This document shows positions 35,549 to 47,130 of a stretch of DNA of 64,000 nt, piece after piece. Location: NCBI RefSeq assembly GCF_036365525.1, contig NC_090404.1, positions 8,866,001 through 8,930,000 of the forward strand, read 5' to 3'. Below the pieces are notes generated by a model, which had not been told where the DNA came from, made no database searches, and saw only the letters and a program-made list of their open reading frames with translations. The stretch comes from Heterodontus francisci (taxonomy: Eukaryota). The stretch's first letter is position 1; each line of letters begins with the position of its first letter. A program made the position numbers and the translations under genes.

Positions 35549-36464
35549 CAGATCACAGTGTTGCTTTTCTGGATCAGTCCCCAGGCAGTGACTTAATTGC
35601 GGTTTCCCCCAAAACGGAGGATATTTTGTAATGAATAGAAGTTCAATAGTTGAAATCAACTTATTTCAATGGATTGGGAAAGTACATCCGACAATAATCA
35701 TCACAAACAGTTAAACATCCACATATCGAAGGATTGGCTTTTGATACTAACCAGTGCGCATGACAAGTGAATGGAGGGTGTGGAAGACGGGGAAAGGATA
35801 TTAAAATGTGAATGAGAGACACACCCTGAGATCTGATTTCTGAAGCCAGTAACTGTACCGTTAGTGGAAATCGATCCGAAAGGACCGAAAGACAAACCGA
35901 AACCGCATTTAATTTGTTTGTTTTTTTGCTTCACTCCTTTTTCTATTCTGTGAAAGTTTTTCATGTCCTGCTGGTGTTGGGTTCTTGTTAATGAGAATCC
36001 GCCCTACACCTCACCCTGGAGGTTTTGACCCCGCTCCCCGCGCTCTGTTTCCGCCACTTTCAGTCCATGAGGTGCAAATTGTTAAAAAATAAACCGATAC
36101 GCCGCTCTCTGTTTTCTCTCATCGCAAATCCAATATCTGAGGATTATGGATGTTTAATTCAATCATGACAAGCACAATGAATGCCGAAATTCAACAGGAA
36201 GATTTTAAACAGCATTTCAGGTGCAAAACAGGGAAGAAGACGGTGTTGGAAACGCTATTTAAGTTACAGCCGGAGTTTATTCTTTATTTCTGTTCAGTTG
36301 TTTGTTCAGTACAGCAGAGATCATCGTTTTAATAAGACGGATCTCTAAATCATTCCGGAAATACTGATCGGTGAGGGAAATCTCACTGCAGTCACGGTTA
36401 CCAGTGTGCTGATGGTGAATATACTGGAATTTGAGAGGAGGAATTGACGCCAGAATAAACCAAC

Positions 36465-37728
36465 CCCATTAACAATCCCATGTATCCGGTTACAATAACC
36501 AGACAAGGGTTTCAGTCCCCGCCCCACGACTCGAACAGCGGAACCATTCACCATATAAGGACAGTGACTGGAGCCCAGCTCGGGGTGTTTCCATTCACTG
36601 ACAGCCCGCTCACCAGCTACCGCTCTCACAGCACCACTGGGGACACAAGGAAGTGAGGTGAGAGAATCCTGAGACACGACAGCAGATTATTGAGGGTGGG
36701 GATTAGAACGGGTGTCTTCAAATATCCAACGGAGCGGACAGCGACAATGCGGCTACTCAGCATCTGGGTTGTGTGGGGAGCATTTCTGACAGGTAATTGT
36801 GGATTAAACACATTTAATCTTTTCTCTCATTTCACAAACAAGCTTTAAATCTGAATTTTAAACAGTCGTCAGTCTGATCTTTTCCTGTTTTAACATGTTT
36901 TTCAGATCGGAGTCATGGAGATTCTGTCACTCAGCTCCTGCCCTCAGATGTTAAGACAGAAGGAGAAGCTGTGACTTTAAGCTGTACCTATGATACTACA
37001 ATGAGCAGCTATACATTATACTGGTATCGACAACACCCAGATACACAGCCCGAGTTTATACTGAGGATATTCTCGAGCGGTGCTGAATATAAAGCAGATT
37101 TTGCTAAAACCCGTTTCTCTGCTGAGCTCCAGAAAGCGACTAAATTCACCGGTTTAACCATCTCGGGTCTGCAGCTGACTGACTCTGCCGTGTATTACTG
37201 CGCTCTCAGCCTCACAGTGATGGAAAGCTGTCTCACCCCTGTACAAAAACTGCCTTTGGACTGTGGGTGGGAGCTTCTGTCTGTTGTCGGTTGTGTAGAA
37301 TCGCGGGCAGATGCAGCCACAATGTGCAGCGCGCTGTCAGGCGCTCAAATACACACCGAGAGGAAACCAAATTAACCTCGGATCAAACTGTCACCCAACT
37401 GTTTCCAGGAGCGGCCGAGAAAACAAACTGCAGAATCCAATCAGACAGACAGATACATCACAGAATCATATTTGAAGACACCCGTTCTAAACCCCACCCC
37501 CAATAATCTGCTGTCGTGTCTCAGGATTCTCTCACCTCACTCCCTTGTGTCCCCAGTGGTGCTGTGAGACCGGTAGGTGGTGAGCTGTCTGTCAGTGAAT
37601 AGAAACACCCCGAGCTGGGTTCCAGTCAGAGACCTGATCGAGGAATGGTTCCGCTTTAAGGGGCCATGGGGTGGGAATGAAAACGTCGTCCGTTAATTGT
37701 CACCAGCAAGCTAAGGATTGTTAATGGT
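36465..37728. repeat. ~260-bp inverted repeat (36465-36725 / 37468-37728) flanking a V gene
   Basis: CCCAGCTCGGGGTGTTT...GAACGGGTGTCTTCAAATAT and its reverse complement downstream of the RSS. Confidence 0.9.
36747..37251 (+). CDS. TCR alpha/delta-type V segment, intact (leader 36747-36792, V exon 36906-37212, 23-RSS 37213-37251)
   Basis: MRLLSIWVVWGAFLT leader; DSVTQ...TLSCTY...LYWYRQHP...DSAVYYCALS; CACAGTG-23-ACAAAAACT. Confidence 0.95.
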
Positions 37729-38524
37729 GACAGAAAATATTCTAGCATTAAGGCGACACCCTGAAGTACAATGGACACTGGGGGATCTTTGCGCTTGGGG
37801 CCTGTTTTAAAGGTCACTGTCGTCACCTTATGAAATCAGTTCATTGTGTATTAACTGTCACTGAGTCAGAAACACACTCTGATCAAATAAACCCTGTGAA
37901 CAGGCGCGGTCAAACATTCCGGGAAACTGACAGGGGAGATGGGGAAAGAGCTGTTCAATATTGCAGGCAGGCACGGAAAGGGCAGCAAAGGACAAACAGT
38001 AAATTACAACGTCACAAATGGATTTGTCAATTTCAGTTTTAGTGTCGGGCTTTGGAGAAAGATCAGGAGAATGAAACTGATTGGATAGCTCTTTCAAAGA
38101 GCCGAGACGATGGGACGAATGGCCTCCTTCTGTGCTGTCAGATTCCATGATTCATTGAATTTCAATTGCAATAGTCAAACTTTCGTAATTATCCCCCGGA
38201 AGTTGCGATTGGTGATGTTAGCATATGGAAGAATAACAGTGACGGTATTTAACAATGTCATGGTGAAATCGTAAACATAAAATGGCATCTTAGCTTATTA
38301 AGCATTTTCGTAGCAACTTGACTAAAGTGACTTGACTCTGGTTTCAGATTAAGATTGTGGATTCCACTCAACTTCAGAAGCTGGATATGTTAACCAGGTT
38401 TCTAATCGGTGCAGTGCTGAAAGGACACGATCTTTTCAGGGATAATCTGAACCAGGTGTTTAAGTGCAACAAGTGTTGTCCAATCGCAGAATTGCATCTA
38501 AAATTGTGTTCTGAGTTTTGCGGA

Positions 38525-39935
38525 TGGTCACACCCTACCTCCTGCAAGGACTCCATTCCATTCTCCCAGTTTCTCTGTCTCCGACGAATCTGCTCTGATG
38601 ATGCTACCATCCATGACGGTGCTTCTGATCGAACAAAGAACAAAGAACAGTACAGCACAGGAACAGGCCATTCGGCCCTCCAAGCCTGCGCCGATCTTGA
38701 TGCCTGCCTCGACTAACACCTTCTGCACTTCCGGGGCCCAGATCCCTCTATTCCCTTCCTATTCATGTATTTGTCAAGATGTCTCTTAAACGTCGCTATC
38801 GTATCTGCTTCCACCATCACCCCCGGCAGCAAGTTCCAGGCACTCACTACCCTCTGTGTAAAACACCTGCCTCGCACATCCCCTCTAAACTTTGCCCCTC
38901 GCACCTTAAACCTATGCCCCCTAGTAACTGACTCTTCCACCCTGGGAAAAAGCTTCTGACTATCCACTCTGTCCATGCCGCTCATAACTTTGTAAACCTC
39001 TATCATGTCGCCCCTCCACCTCCGTCGTTCCACTGAAAACAATCTGAGTTTATCCAACCTCTCCTCATAGCTAATGCCCTCCAGATCAGGCAACATCCTG
39101 GTAAACCTCTTCTGTACCCTCTCCAAAGCCTCCACATCCTTCTGGTAGTGTGGCGACCAGAATTGCACGCAATATTCTAAGTGTGGCCTAACTAAGGTTC
39201 TGTACAGCTGCAACATGACTTGCCAATTTTTATACTCTATGCCCCGACCGATGAAGGCAAGCATGCCGTATGCCTTCTTGACTAACTTATCCACCTGCGT
39301 TTTCCTCAACCGAGGATTCCCCCCCCACTGTTGTTGACAGGACCCTCAACTGTGTCGGGCCCATTTCCCGCACCCCTTTCCCTCCCTCCCAGAACCGTGA
39401 CGGGGTTCCCCTTGTCCTCACTTTCCACCCCATCAGCCTCCGTATCCAAAGGATCATCCTCCGCCATTTCCGCCATCTCCAGCGTGATGCTGCTACCAAA
39501 CGCATCTTCCCCTCCCTTCCCCTGTCAGCATTCCGAAGGGATCGTTCCCTCCGCGACACCCTGGTCCACTCCTCCATTACCCCCACCACCTCATCCCCAT
39601 CCCATGGCACCTTCCCCTGCAATCGCAGGTGGTGTAATACCTGCCAATTTACTTCCTCTCTCCTCACTATCCCAGGCCCCAAACACTCCTTTCAGGTGAA
39701 GCAGCGATTTACTTGTACTTCTTTCAATGTAGTATACTGTATTCGCTGCTCACAGTGTGGTCTCCACTACATTGGGGAGACCAAACGCAGACTGCGTAAT
39801 TGCTTTGCGGAACATCTCCGCTCAGTCCGCAAGCAGGACCCTGAGCTTCCGGTTGCTTGCCATTTCAACACTCCCCCCTGCTCTCATGCTCACATTTCTA
39901 TCATGGGCTTGCTGCAATGTTCCACTGAACATCAG
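38525..39935 (+). mobile_element. Penelope-like element fragment (RT C-terminus + GIY-YIG), split by a CR1
   Basis: HPTSCKDSIPFSQFLCLRRICSDD at 38530-38630 resumes at 39300; NVVYCIRCSQCGLHYIGETKRRL...EH motif. Confidence 0.85.
38631..39299 (-). mobile_element. 5'-truncated CR1 nested in the Penelope fragment
   Basis: 198-aa ORF2 C-terminus; (TTCTTTGT)n tail. Confidence 0.92.
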
Positions 39936-39984
39936 CTGAGCGGCGCCGCGCACTTTCTGCCCTTACACAAAGTTTTCAGTTCTG

Positions 39985-40290
39985 TTTTTGCAGTGTCCCC
40001 GCCCACAGCTTCCTTTTGCTGCTCTCACTCTGACCCGCCTTGCCTGTCCTGTGGTATTGGAGAGATTACTGCTGGCTGTTCTCTGTTTGGTATTGGTCGG
40101 ATCAGTAGTGCAGTGGGGCGGGGGTCTGTATTTCTGCTCGGACAGAGCTCCCGCACTGCGGAGTTACAGACTCAGGGAGCATCACGCGGGACCGTCTTGC
40201 CCCGCTCCTCATCATTATATCACTTCTCTGGAAATATTCTCAACCGGTACAGTCAGCACTCCGGGCTTCAGCCACAGTTTTATGACCTGA
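39985..40290 (+). pseudogene. Relic V: promoter + leader paralogous to 33915-34165, most of the V exon deleted
   Basis: Collinear similarity; ATG changed to ACG at 40183, donor lost; GTACAGTCAGCAC (YSQH) remnant at ~40247. Confidence 0.7.
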
Positions 40291-40702
40291 GTCTCACGGC
40301 CTCACAGTTCTGAGGAGACTTCGCTGTTCTGAAGGGTTTTTCCTCGATGAAGTGACTGAATGTCTCCCCTCTGTTCAGTTCATTTCCTACTAGCTAGAGT
40401 GCCAGGTCTGATTGTGACTCCTGCGCACACTGAGTACTAGTTTGATATTTGCTCCACTAAGTTTGAAAGTTAAGGTGTCCATTAAATAAACAGAGATTGG
40501 AAGAACAGTCTAATCAAATATATTTTTATGAAATTAATATCAAGATTATTATATGAATAAACATTTTTCCAGTGCTGTATTATAAGTTGTACAGCTGTTG
40601 ATTCGGCTTTTTTACATTGACACTCTCCTGTGATAAATACTGACACTCCGTGTTTCACCCCACACTGCCTGCTATTCCGTTCACCTTGTCACACTGAGGC
40701 AG

Positions 40703-41266
40703 TGTTTTTGTACGAGGCTCCCTCTGGTTCCTGTCACTGTGTCTCTCAGCCCGCAGTAATACATCGCGCTGTCAGACAGCCGCAGGACGCGGATGGTGAA
40801 CTTCCCCTCCCTTTTCGAAGTGTCGAGAGATGCAGAAAATCGATTGCTCACGCCCTCTGCTCTGAAAACCTCTCCAGCAGAAGGGATGTACATTAAGAAT
40901 ATGGGTTCTTTCTCCCGGTCCTGACGGTACAGCTGTAAACTGTAGAAACCAGCAGTGGTCGAATAGTTGTAATTAATGGTCACCGAGTCTCCTTCAACCT
41001 GCATCACTGCACCCGGCTCCTGTGAGACCGAGTCTGCACAACGAACACCTACAGAAATTTAGAAATACCGAACTTTAAGCTTTTATTATCACTTTATTAT
41101 AACTAATATAAATGTGACAGAATCCGTGGTAAATAGAGAAAAGAAACATTTAAGAGGTAGATTTTCTATGTCAGTGACGTCTTAAAAAGGAAAAAGAAAA
41201 CATGTAAACTTTACCAGTTAAGAGAGCTGTAGCTGTGAGGAATGAATACAAAGCAACAACCAACAT
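40703..41266 (-). CDS. TCR V segment with open frame and good RSS but lacking first Cys and conserved Trp (leader 41266-41215, V exon 41048-40742)
   Basis: VTINYNYS (Cys to Tyr), LQLYRQ (Trp to Leu), DSAMYYCGLR; CACAGTG-23-ACAAAAACA. Confidence 0.85.
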
Positions 41267-41850
41267 GTTTGCAGAGAGTTGATGGCGGATTTGAACAGAA
41301 CGTGTTGAACCTGTAATTGTTTCAGTCAGGGTTGGGAAGATGTTGAGTAATATCCGGTCTCTCTTCCGATTGGTCCATTCTTGGAAGAGTGAACAGGTCA
41401 CATCCAAGTAGTTCAAAGCTCCTTTGTTCTCCGATTCATCCAATCAGCTCACAGCTCCTTTGTTCTCCAATTCATCCAATCAGTTCACAGCTCCTTTGTT
41501 CTCCAATTCATAACATCAGAGCAAGGAGCAGGGAACAGAGTAACATTGTTCTGCTCACAACAAAGAACTGGACGGGGATCAAACCCAATGTTGGCCCTTT
41601 AACAGGGTCAGTCGGTGAGATGGCAATGAGGGGAAATAATTGTTGTTGCGCTGGTATCAATGACGGAGCCTCCCATTATAAGAACTGCTCAAGCACCCTG
41701 GGAACCATCCACAGCTGATATTATGGGGCTTATTACACAGAATGACATAGAGTCGTAGCGCAGAAATATGCCATTCGGCAGAATTGATCTTTGAAGTTTG
41801 GTTTCCTTTCTATTATCTGATTGAGAGAGAGCTGTGAGAGTGCATTTCTG

Positions 41851-42303
41851 TTTTTTGTACTGAGTGGCTGGGGTGTAGGGCTCTGCGCAGTGATGCAGAG
41901 TCAGAGACAAGAGCCCGTACGGCATTTAAAGGAGCCATTTTCTTTGTCCAGGATAGCAGAGAAGCGATCTGGGAAAGCTGGAGATTTATCTCCCTGTCCA
42001 CTGCTGTATCTCCTCAGCAAATATCTCGGAGCTTGCCCAGGACACTGGATGTACCAGTAGAGGTCGGGAAAGTCACTGGGTGTGGAGTAACTGCAGTTCA
42101 GTATTATAGTCAGTCCTTCCTGAACCGCTAATTCACACGGATCCTGAGACACTGAATCTTTACCACTCGTTGCTGTAACAAAATACAGAAACAGTCAAGA
42201 GTCTGGGAGTAAGTAAAACCCCCGGAACACAGACTGATCACTTAATCACAGACTCACGAGGCAGCAAATTCATTATTACCAGTAAGGAATATGGGGAACA
42301 CAT
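41851..42303 (-). pseudogene. TCR V pseudogene (leader 42303-42258, V exon from 42172)
   Basis: ILNCSYS...LYWYIQCPGQAPRY...RFSA, then FR3 deletions/frameshift; heptamer lost, only nonamer-like ACAAAAAAC remains. Confidence 0.85.
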
Positions 42304-42554
42304 GGCGTCTGGTTTAGATTTCGATAGAAAATAACAAAATGTTATAAATATTTTTACCCTTCTAGTCTGATATCAAAACGTAAACTCAATAAGCGGGAAC
42401 TGGATTGACAGTGAGATTGTGGAGCGTCCCCCGGGGACAGGGTTGGCTGGTCACTGAGAACTGACACCAGATGTGCCCCAACCAGTGCGAGCTGTGGACC
42501 AACTACTGATGTCGTCGAACTAACCCTTTCCTCACCTCGCCCTGTGAGTGAGCC

Positions 42555-43037
42555 TCTCTCACTCGCTCTCTCTCTCTCTGATACACACACAAACACACAC
42601 AGTTTGGCTCTCTCTTTCTATCTATGTCTCAGTCTGTGTGTGTGGAGTCTGTCTGTCTGTCTGTCTCGGTGCCAATCAATCTGTTTTGCTCGGTCTCTGT
42701 ATTTCTTTATCTCTGTTTGCTTGCCCCTTTGTATCTCTCTCTCTCTCTCTCACTGGGTATCTATGTGTGTGTGTCTCTCTCTCTCTCTCTCCTTCTCACT
42801 CTCTCTCTTTCTTTGTCTATGTTCGGCGTCTCGGTGTCAATCAATCTGTTTAATTCGGTCGCTGTCTTTATTTGCTTCTCTCTTCCTCTCTCTCTCTCTC
42901 TCTCACTGGGTATCTATGTGTGTGTGTGTCTCTCTCTCTCTCTCTCCTTCTCACTCTCTCTCTTTCTTTGTCTATGTTCGGCGTCTCGGTGTCAATCAAT
43001 CTGTTTAATTCGGTCGCTGTCTTTATTTGCTTCTCTC

Positions 43038-43073
<36 letters not shown>

Positions 43074-43235
43074 GGTTTTACTCACTTTGTTCATCACGGC
43101 ATCTTTCTCCATCTCTCTCTCCATCTCCCTCCTTCCTCTGTCTTTTTTAACGGAGTCCCGCTCTGTCTGTTTATCTCACTCTCTTTCTCCCCCCACCCCC
43201 GTCTCTCACTCTCTGTCGCTGTCTCTCTCTCTCTA
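42555..43235. repeat. CT-rich low-complexity region with ~155-bp internal duplications
   Basis: (CT)n runs; TCTCGGTGTCAATCAATCTGTTTAATTCGG repeated at 42829 and 42984. Confidence 0.9.
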
Positions 43236-43711
43236 TAACATGAGAAGCAGAAAATAATCGAACTCAGTCTCAATCCCGGTCATCACTGCCAGCCAATGAT
43301 CCCCATTACCGTTCATAGCCTGAAGATTATGAGGGATATAATGTAGTGAACTCCACTCTACACTGGTGAGACTGTTTTTGAAAGGTGCCCTTGACGGAAC
43401 TGAGTCAATATTTTATTTACAGAAATTGTTTCTATTAGTCATCCTAGAAGACTGTAGGTTTGAGCTGACACTGGGGGTGAAAATGTCTGAATTTGACTCT
43501 GGCTTAAAATGGTTGATAAATGTCACTTATCCCAACATTGACAGAAATGGCTTCAGCTGGAAAAAAACGATCGGATCAGGAAGTATATTCTCTCATTTTC
43601 TGTACAAACTCTCGCGGAGTCAATTCTTGGTATTTTACAGAGATGCCACCTGCTTTCGCAACCCGCCCCCTCCACCACCACCAGCACCATCCCCGATGCC
43701 GAGCTGTACCT

Positions 43712-44233
43712 AATTTTTGTATGAGGCCCAAGGCAGGCTCATTCACTGTGGGTCTCTGGGCACAGTAATACACGGCGCTGTCTGTGATCTTCAAGTCTTT
43801 CATTGACAAGTGAAAAGTGCCTTGTTTTTGGTTGAGATTCGCGCTGAAGTGTTCAAAACCTGGAGCAATCTCATTATTCCCATAACTATCGGCTCTGAGC
43901 ATATACTGAGGGGCTTGGTGTGGATACTGGCGATACCAGAACAGATAATAGCTTGTAGCTGAATCCGATACGGTATATTTGCAGTTTATTGCTGAATCTG
44001 CACCCTCTTCTGATCTGACCCCTTGTTCTGACTGGGACACTGGGTCTCCATTACTCTTCTCTGAAAGTAAACAGCAGAAACACGGCAGGTTAGACGGAGT
44101 AACAGAAAGAGAATAATCACCCGGAGATAGAGATGTGAAATTGTTTGAGAACTGGGAATATTATAGAAAGGTCCCAATATCACTGACCTGTGATCAGGAC
44201 AATAATCAGAGTCAGACAGAGTTTCACCTCCAT
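43712..44233 (-). CDS. TCR alpha/delta-type V segment, intact (leader 44233-44188, V exon 44060-43751, 23-RSS 43750-43712)
   Basis: MEVKLCLTLIIVLIT leader; AINCKY...LFWYRQYPHQAPQY...DSAVYYCAQRP; CACAGTG-23-ACAAAAATT. Confidence 0.93.
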
Positions 44234-44899
44234 GGTTCCAGTGTGAACTCTAGAAACAGAGACTGTGATCACTCCCTTTACCGGACCTGCAATGGCAAAA
44301 TCTCAAACAGCGCCGAGATCTCATCAGATCGGGTGTCTTCTCCCCGCCCATTTGTTTCTCTCTGAGCAGCCGCTTCCTGCAGCTGGGGATCATGATATTT
44401 ATCAAGTGATCAGAGAGCGCCCTCCCGTGGACAGTACAAGCCACACACAGAACATTGGAAATGCGCACCGATGGAGACAGACACTGATAAACACCCACAC
44501 ACATACACATATGCATACATCTACAGACAGATAAGCACAGTCGATAAACACACAAAAAGTTTTAGACGTATTTTTTAGATAATCTGCAGACAGTGTGAGA
44601 GCGCAGTTTACTTCACATCACCACTCGAGGGCCCTCACTCATCGTGCTCACGTTTTCATGGCAGGAGATAAAGTATTGCCGGATGGGGAAGGCCGTTTTT
44701 CTCATCTTAATTCGTCCTTCGAGAAACCACACACCCCTACATTATCCTCCCGTTATTGCAAAGATAATTCTGGGATCTGGACTCTGTAAAACTGTGTGGA
44801 GACCATTTCAACTGTCAACAACTCTCTATGTGACCAACAATTAGTTGATCTCAGTCCCAAAGACTAATTTCATTTTTTCCTCTTAACTGCAGCTTCTGA

Positions 44900-45150
44900 A
44901 GCTGAAGAGACAGCCTCCTGGATCATCCCTGCTGTACCCCCATGTTTGAATACCTCCCTTGTTACTTGGTGACCAAAACTAAAGACAGTGCCCACGGTGT
45001 GTTCTGACCAGAGCTCTGCACTGTTCGATCAGGATTCCTTTTGACTCGAGTCCATGTTGCCTCGATGTTAAACATCCTGTTGGTGTTGATTTCTTCTCCA
45101 CTGCATTCACAGTCCATATGGGACGTGATTTCAGCGGGATACATCAGAAA
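44900..45150 (-). mobile_element. Highly decayed CR1 fragment
   Basis: SKGILIEQCRALVRTHRGHCL*FWSP resembles the CR1 LYRALVRPHLEYCVQFWSP motif. Confidence 0.55.
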
Positions 45151-45494
45151 TGGTGGGTCATATGATTATAAATTCACTTAGGGAGGCCCAGACGTTCGTG
45201 GGGCCCAATTATAGACGTACAGTAAGTCCCAGATTTGCCAGTCACGCCCATGTCCTGATAAAGAATGCATTTTTTAATTCTGCAAATATTTATGGGCTGT
45301 CTCCTTTATTATTTAGTACCACCTCAAATCAAATGAATAAAAATGGAAGCGTCCGTAATATTTACAATCGTGGAGGGCTAATTTACCCCATAGAAAATAG
45401 CTCCACAGCAGTAAAATAAGTAGGACAAGTACAACAGTTCAGGGACTGAATATCAATTTGGACAAAGTGGACAAACTAAGTTTACCCGAATTAC

Positions 45495-45509
45495 ACCACT
45501 AGGTGGCGC
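45495..45509 (+). promoter_or_regulatory. CTCF-like motif
   Basis: ACCACTAGGTGGCGC, near-perfect consensus. Confidence 0.65.
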
Positions 45510-45999
45510 GTTTGCCCCCTCAGCAATATTAATACAGGGGCAATGACGACCAAAAACCGTGAGAAGCACAGCAAAGTGAATGGTGAAAAGTGCAATCAAA
45601 AAATTGTTGTTTCTCTTTGTCTCATATACAAAAAAAACCTGATAGAGACCTGACGAACGTCATAGTAAATGTAAAATGTAAGAATAATGAAAGGAAATAT
45701 GAATTAAATATTGATTTAAATGAGTAAAGAAGGAGAAAAAATTGGGGTTCGGGTGCAAAGATTGGAGAACAAGTTGCTGATATGTGAAAGGGTTAAAGAA
45801 TCCAAGTGTTGTAAACAGGGGCAAGGATTTCAAAACACAGAGAGATGGTAATAAACCTGCACAAATCATTGTTCAGGCAACAGCTAGAATATTTGGAGCA
45901 GGTTTGTGAATCTTCTTCAGGATCATGTTAAAGTCAGGACAGGGTGCGGGAGAGATTGAGACAGAACCAGAAGTGGGAGATGATAGTTCTGAGCAGAGA

Positions 46000-47125
46000 G
46001 ATATCGAATCATGGAATGTTTATGGCACAGAAAGAGACCACTTGACACAATGTGTCTGTACCAGCCAGAAAAGGAAAGTGCCAACCAGTCTAATCGCTCT
46101 TTACAGCATTTGGTCCGTAGCCCTGCAGGTTACGGCACCTCACGTGCACCTCTGGGCACTTTTACAATGAGATGAGGTTTTTTGCCTTTCCCACCCTTTC
46201 AAAAAGTGAGTTCCAGACCCTCACCACGCTGTGGGTGAAACACATCCCTAAGGGAGGCTATGCTGGAACTGTATAACTCATTGGTTAGGCCACAACTTGA
46301 GTATTGTGTGCAGTTCTGGTCACCTCATTACAGAAAGGATGTAATTGCACCAGAGAGGGTACAGAGGAGATTTATGAGGATGTTGCCAGGACTGGAAAAA
46401 TGCAACTGTGAGGAAAGATTGGATAGGCTGGGGTTGTTCTCCTTGGAACAGAGAAGGCTGAGGGGAGATCTGATTGGAATGTACAAAATTTTGAGGGGCC
46501 TGGATATAGTCGAAGTGAAGGGTCTTTTCACCTTAGCAGAAAGGTCAGTGACGAGGGGACATAGATTTACAGTGATTTGTAGAAAAATTAGAGGGGAGGT
46601 GAGGGAAAACTTTTTCACCCAGAGGGTGGTGATGGTCTGGAACTCACTGCGTGAAAGGATAGTTGAGGCAGAGACCCTCACCTCATTCAAAAGGAGTCCG
46701 GATATGCATTTCAAGAGCTGTATTCCGCGGGGCTATGGACTAAACGCTGGAAGGTGGGATTAGAATAGGTGGATAGTTTTTCGGCCAGTACAGACATGAT
46801 GGGCCAAGTGGCCACTTTCTTTGCCTTAAACTTTCTATGATTCTATCTCCCCTTTAATCCTTCTACCAATCACTTTAAATCCATGCCCCCTAGTTACTGT
46901 CCCACTGCTCAGGTAAATAGGCCCTCCCCATTCACCCTGTCTAGGCTGTTCACAATTCTTTGCATCTCAATCAAGTCGTCCCTCAACGTCCTCTGTTTCA
47001 AGAAGAACCACAATCTATCCAATCGTTACTCATAGTTGCAATTTTCCTGCTCTGGCAACATCCTCTTAAATCTCCTCTGCATCATCTCAACTGCAATTCC
47101 ATCTTTCGATAATGAGCTGACCATT
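46000..47125. mobile_element. Nested CR1 fragments: plus-strand 46250-46845 inside a minus-strand copy
   Basis: 167-aa ORF2 C-terminus on plus; minus-strand CR1 3' sequence on both sides. Confidence 0.85.
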
Positions 47126-47130
47126 GGGGA

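Noticed and set aside
42544-43257. Overlapping SLSL-rich ORFs
   Set aside because: (CT)n microsatellite artefacts.
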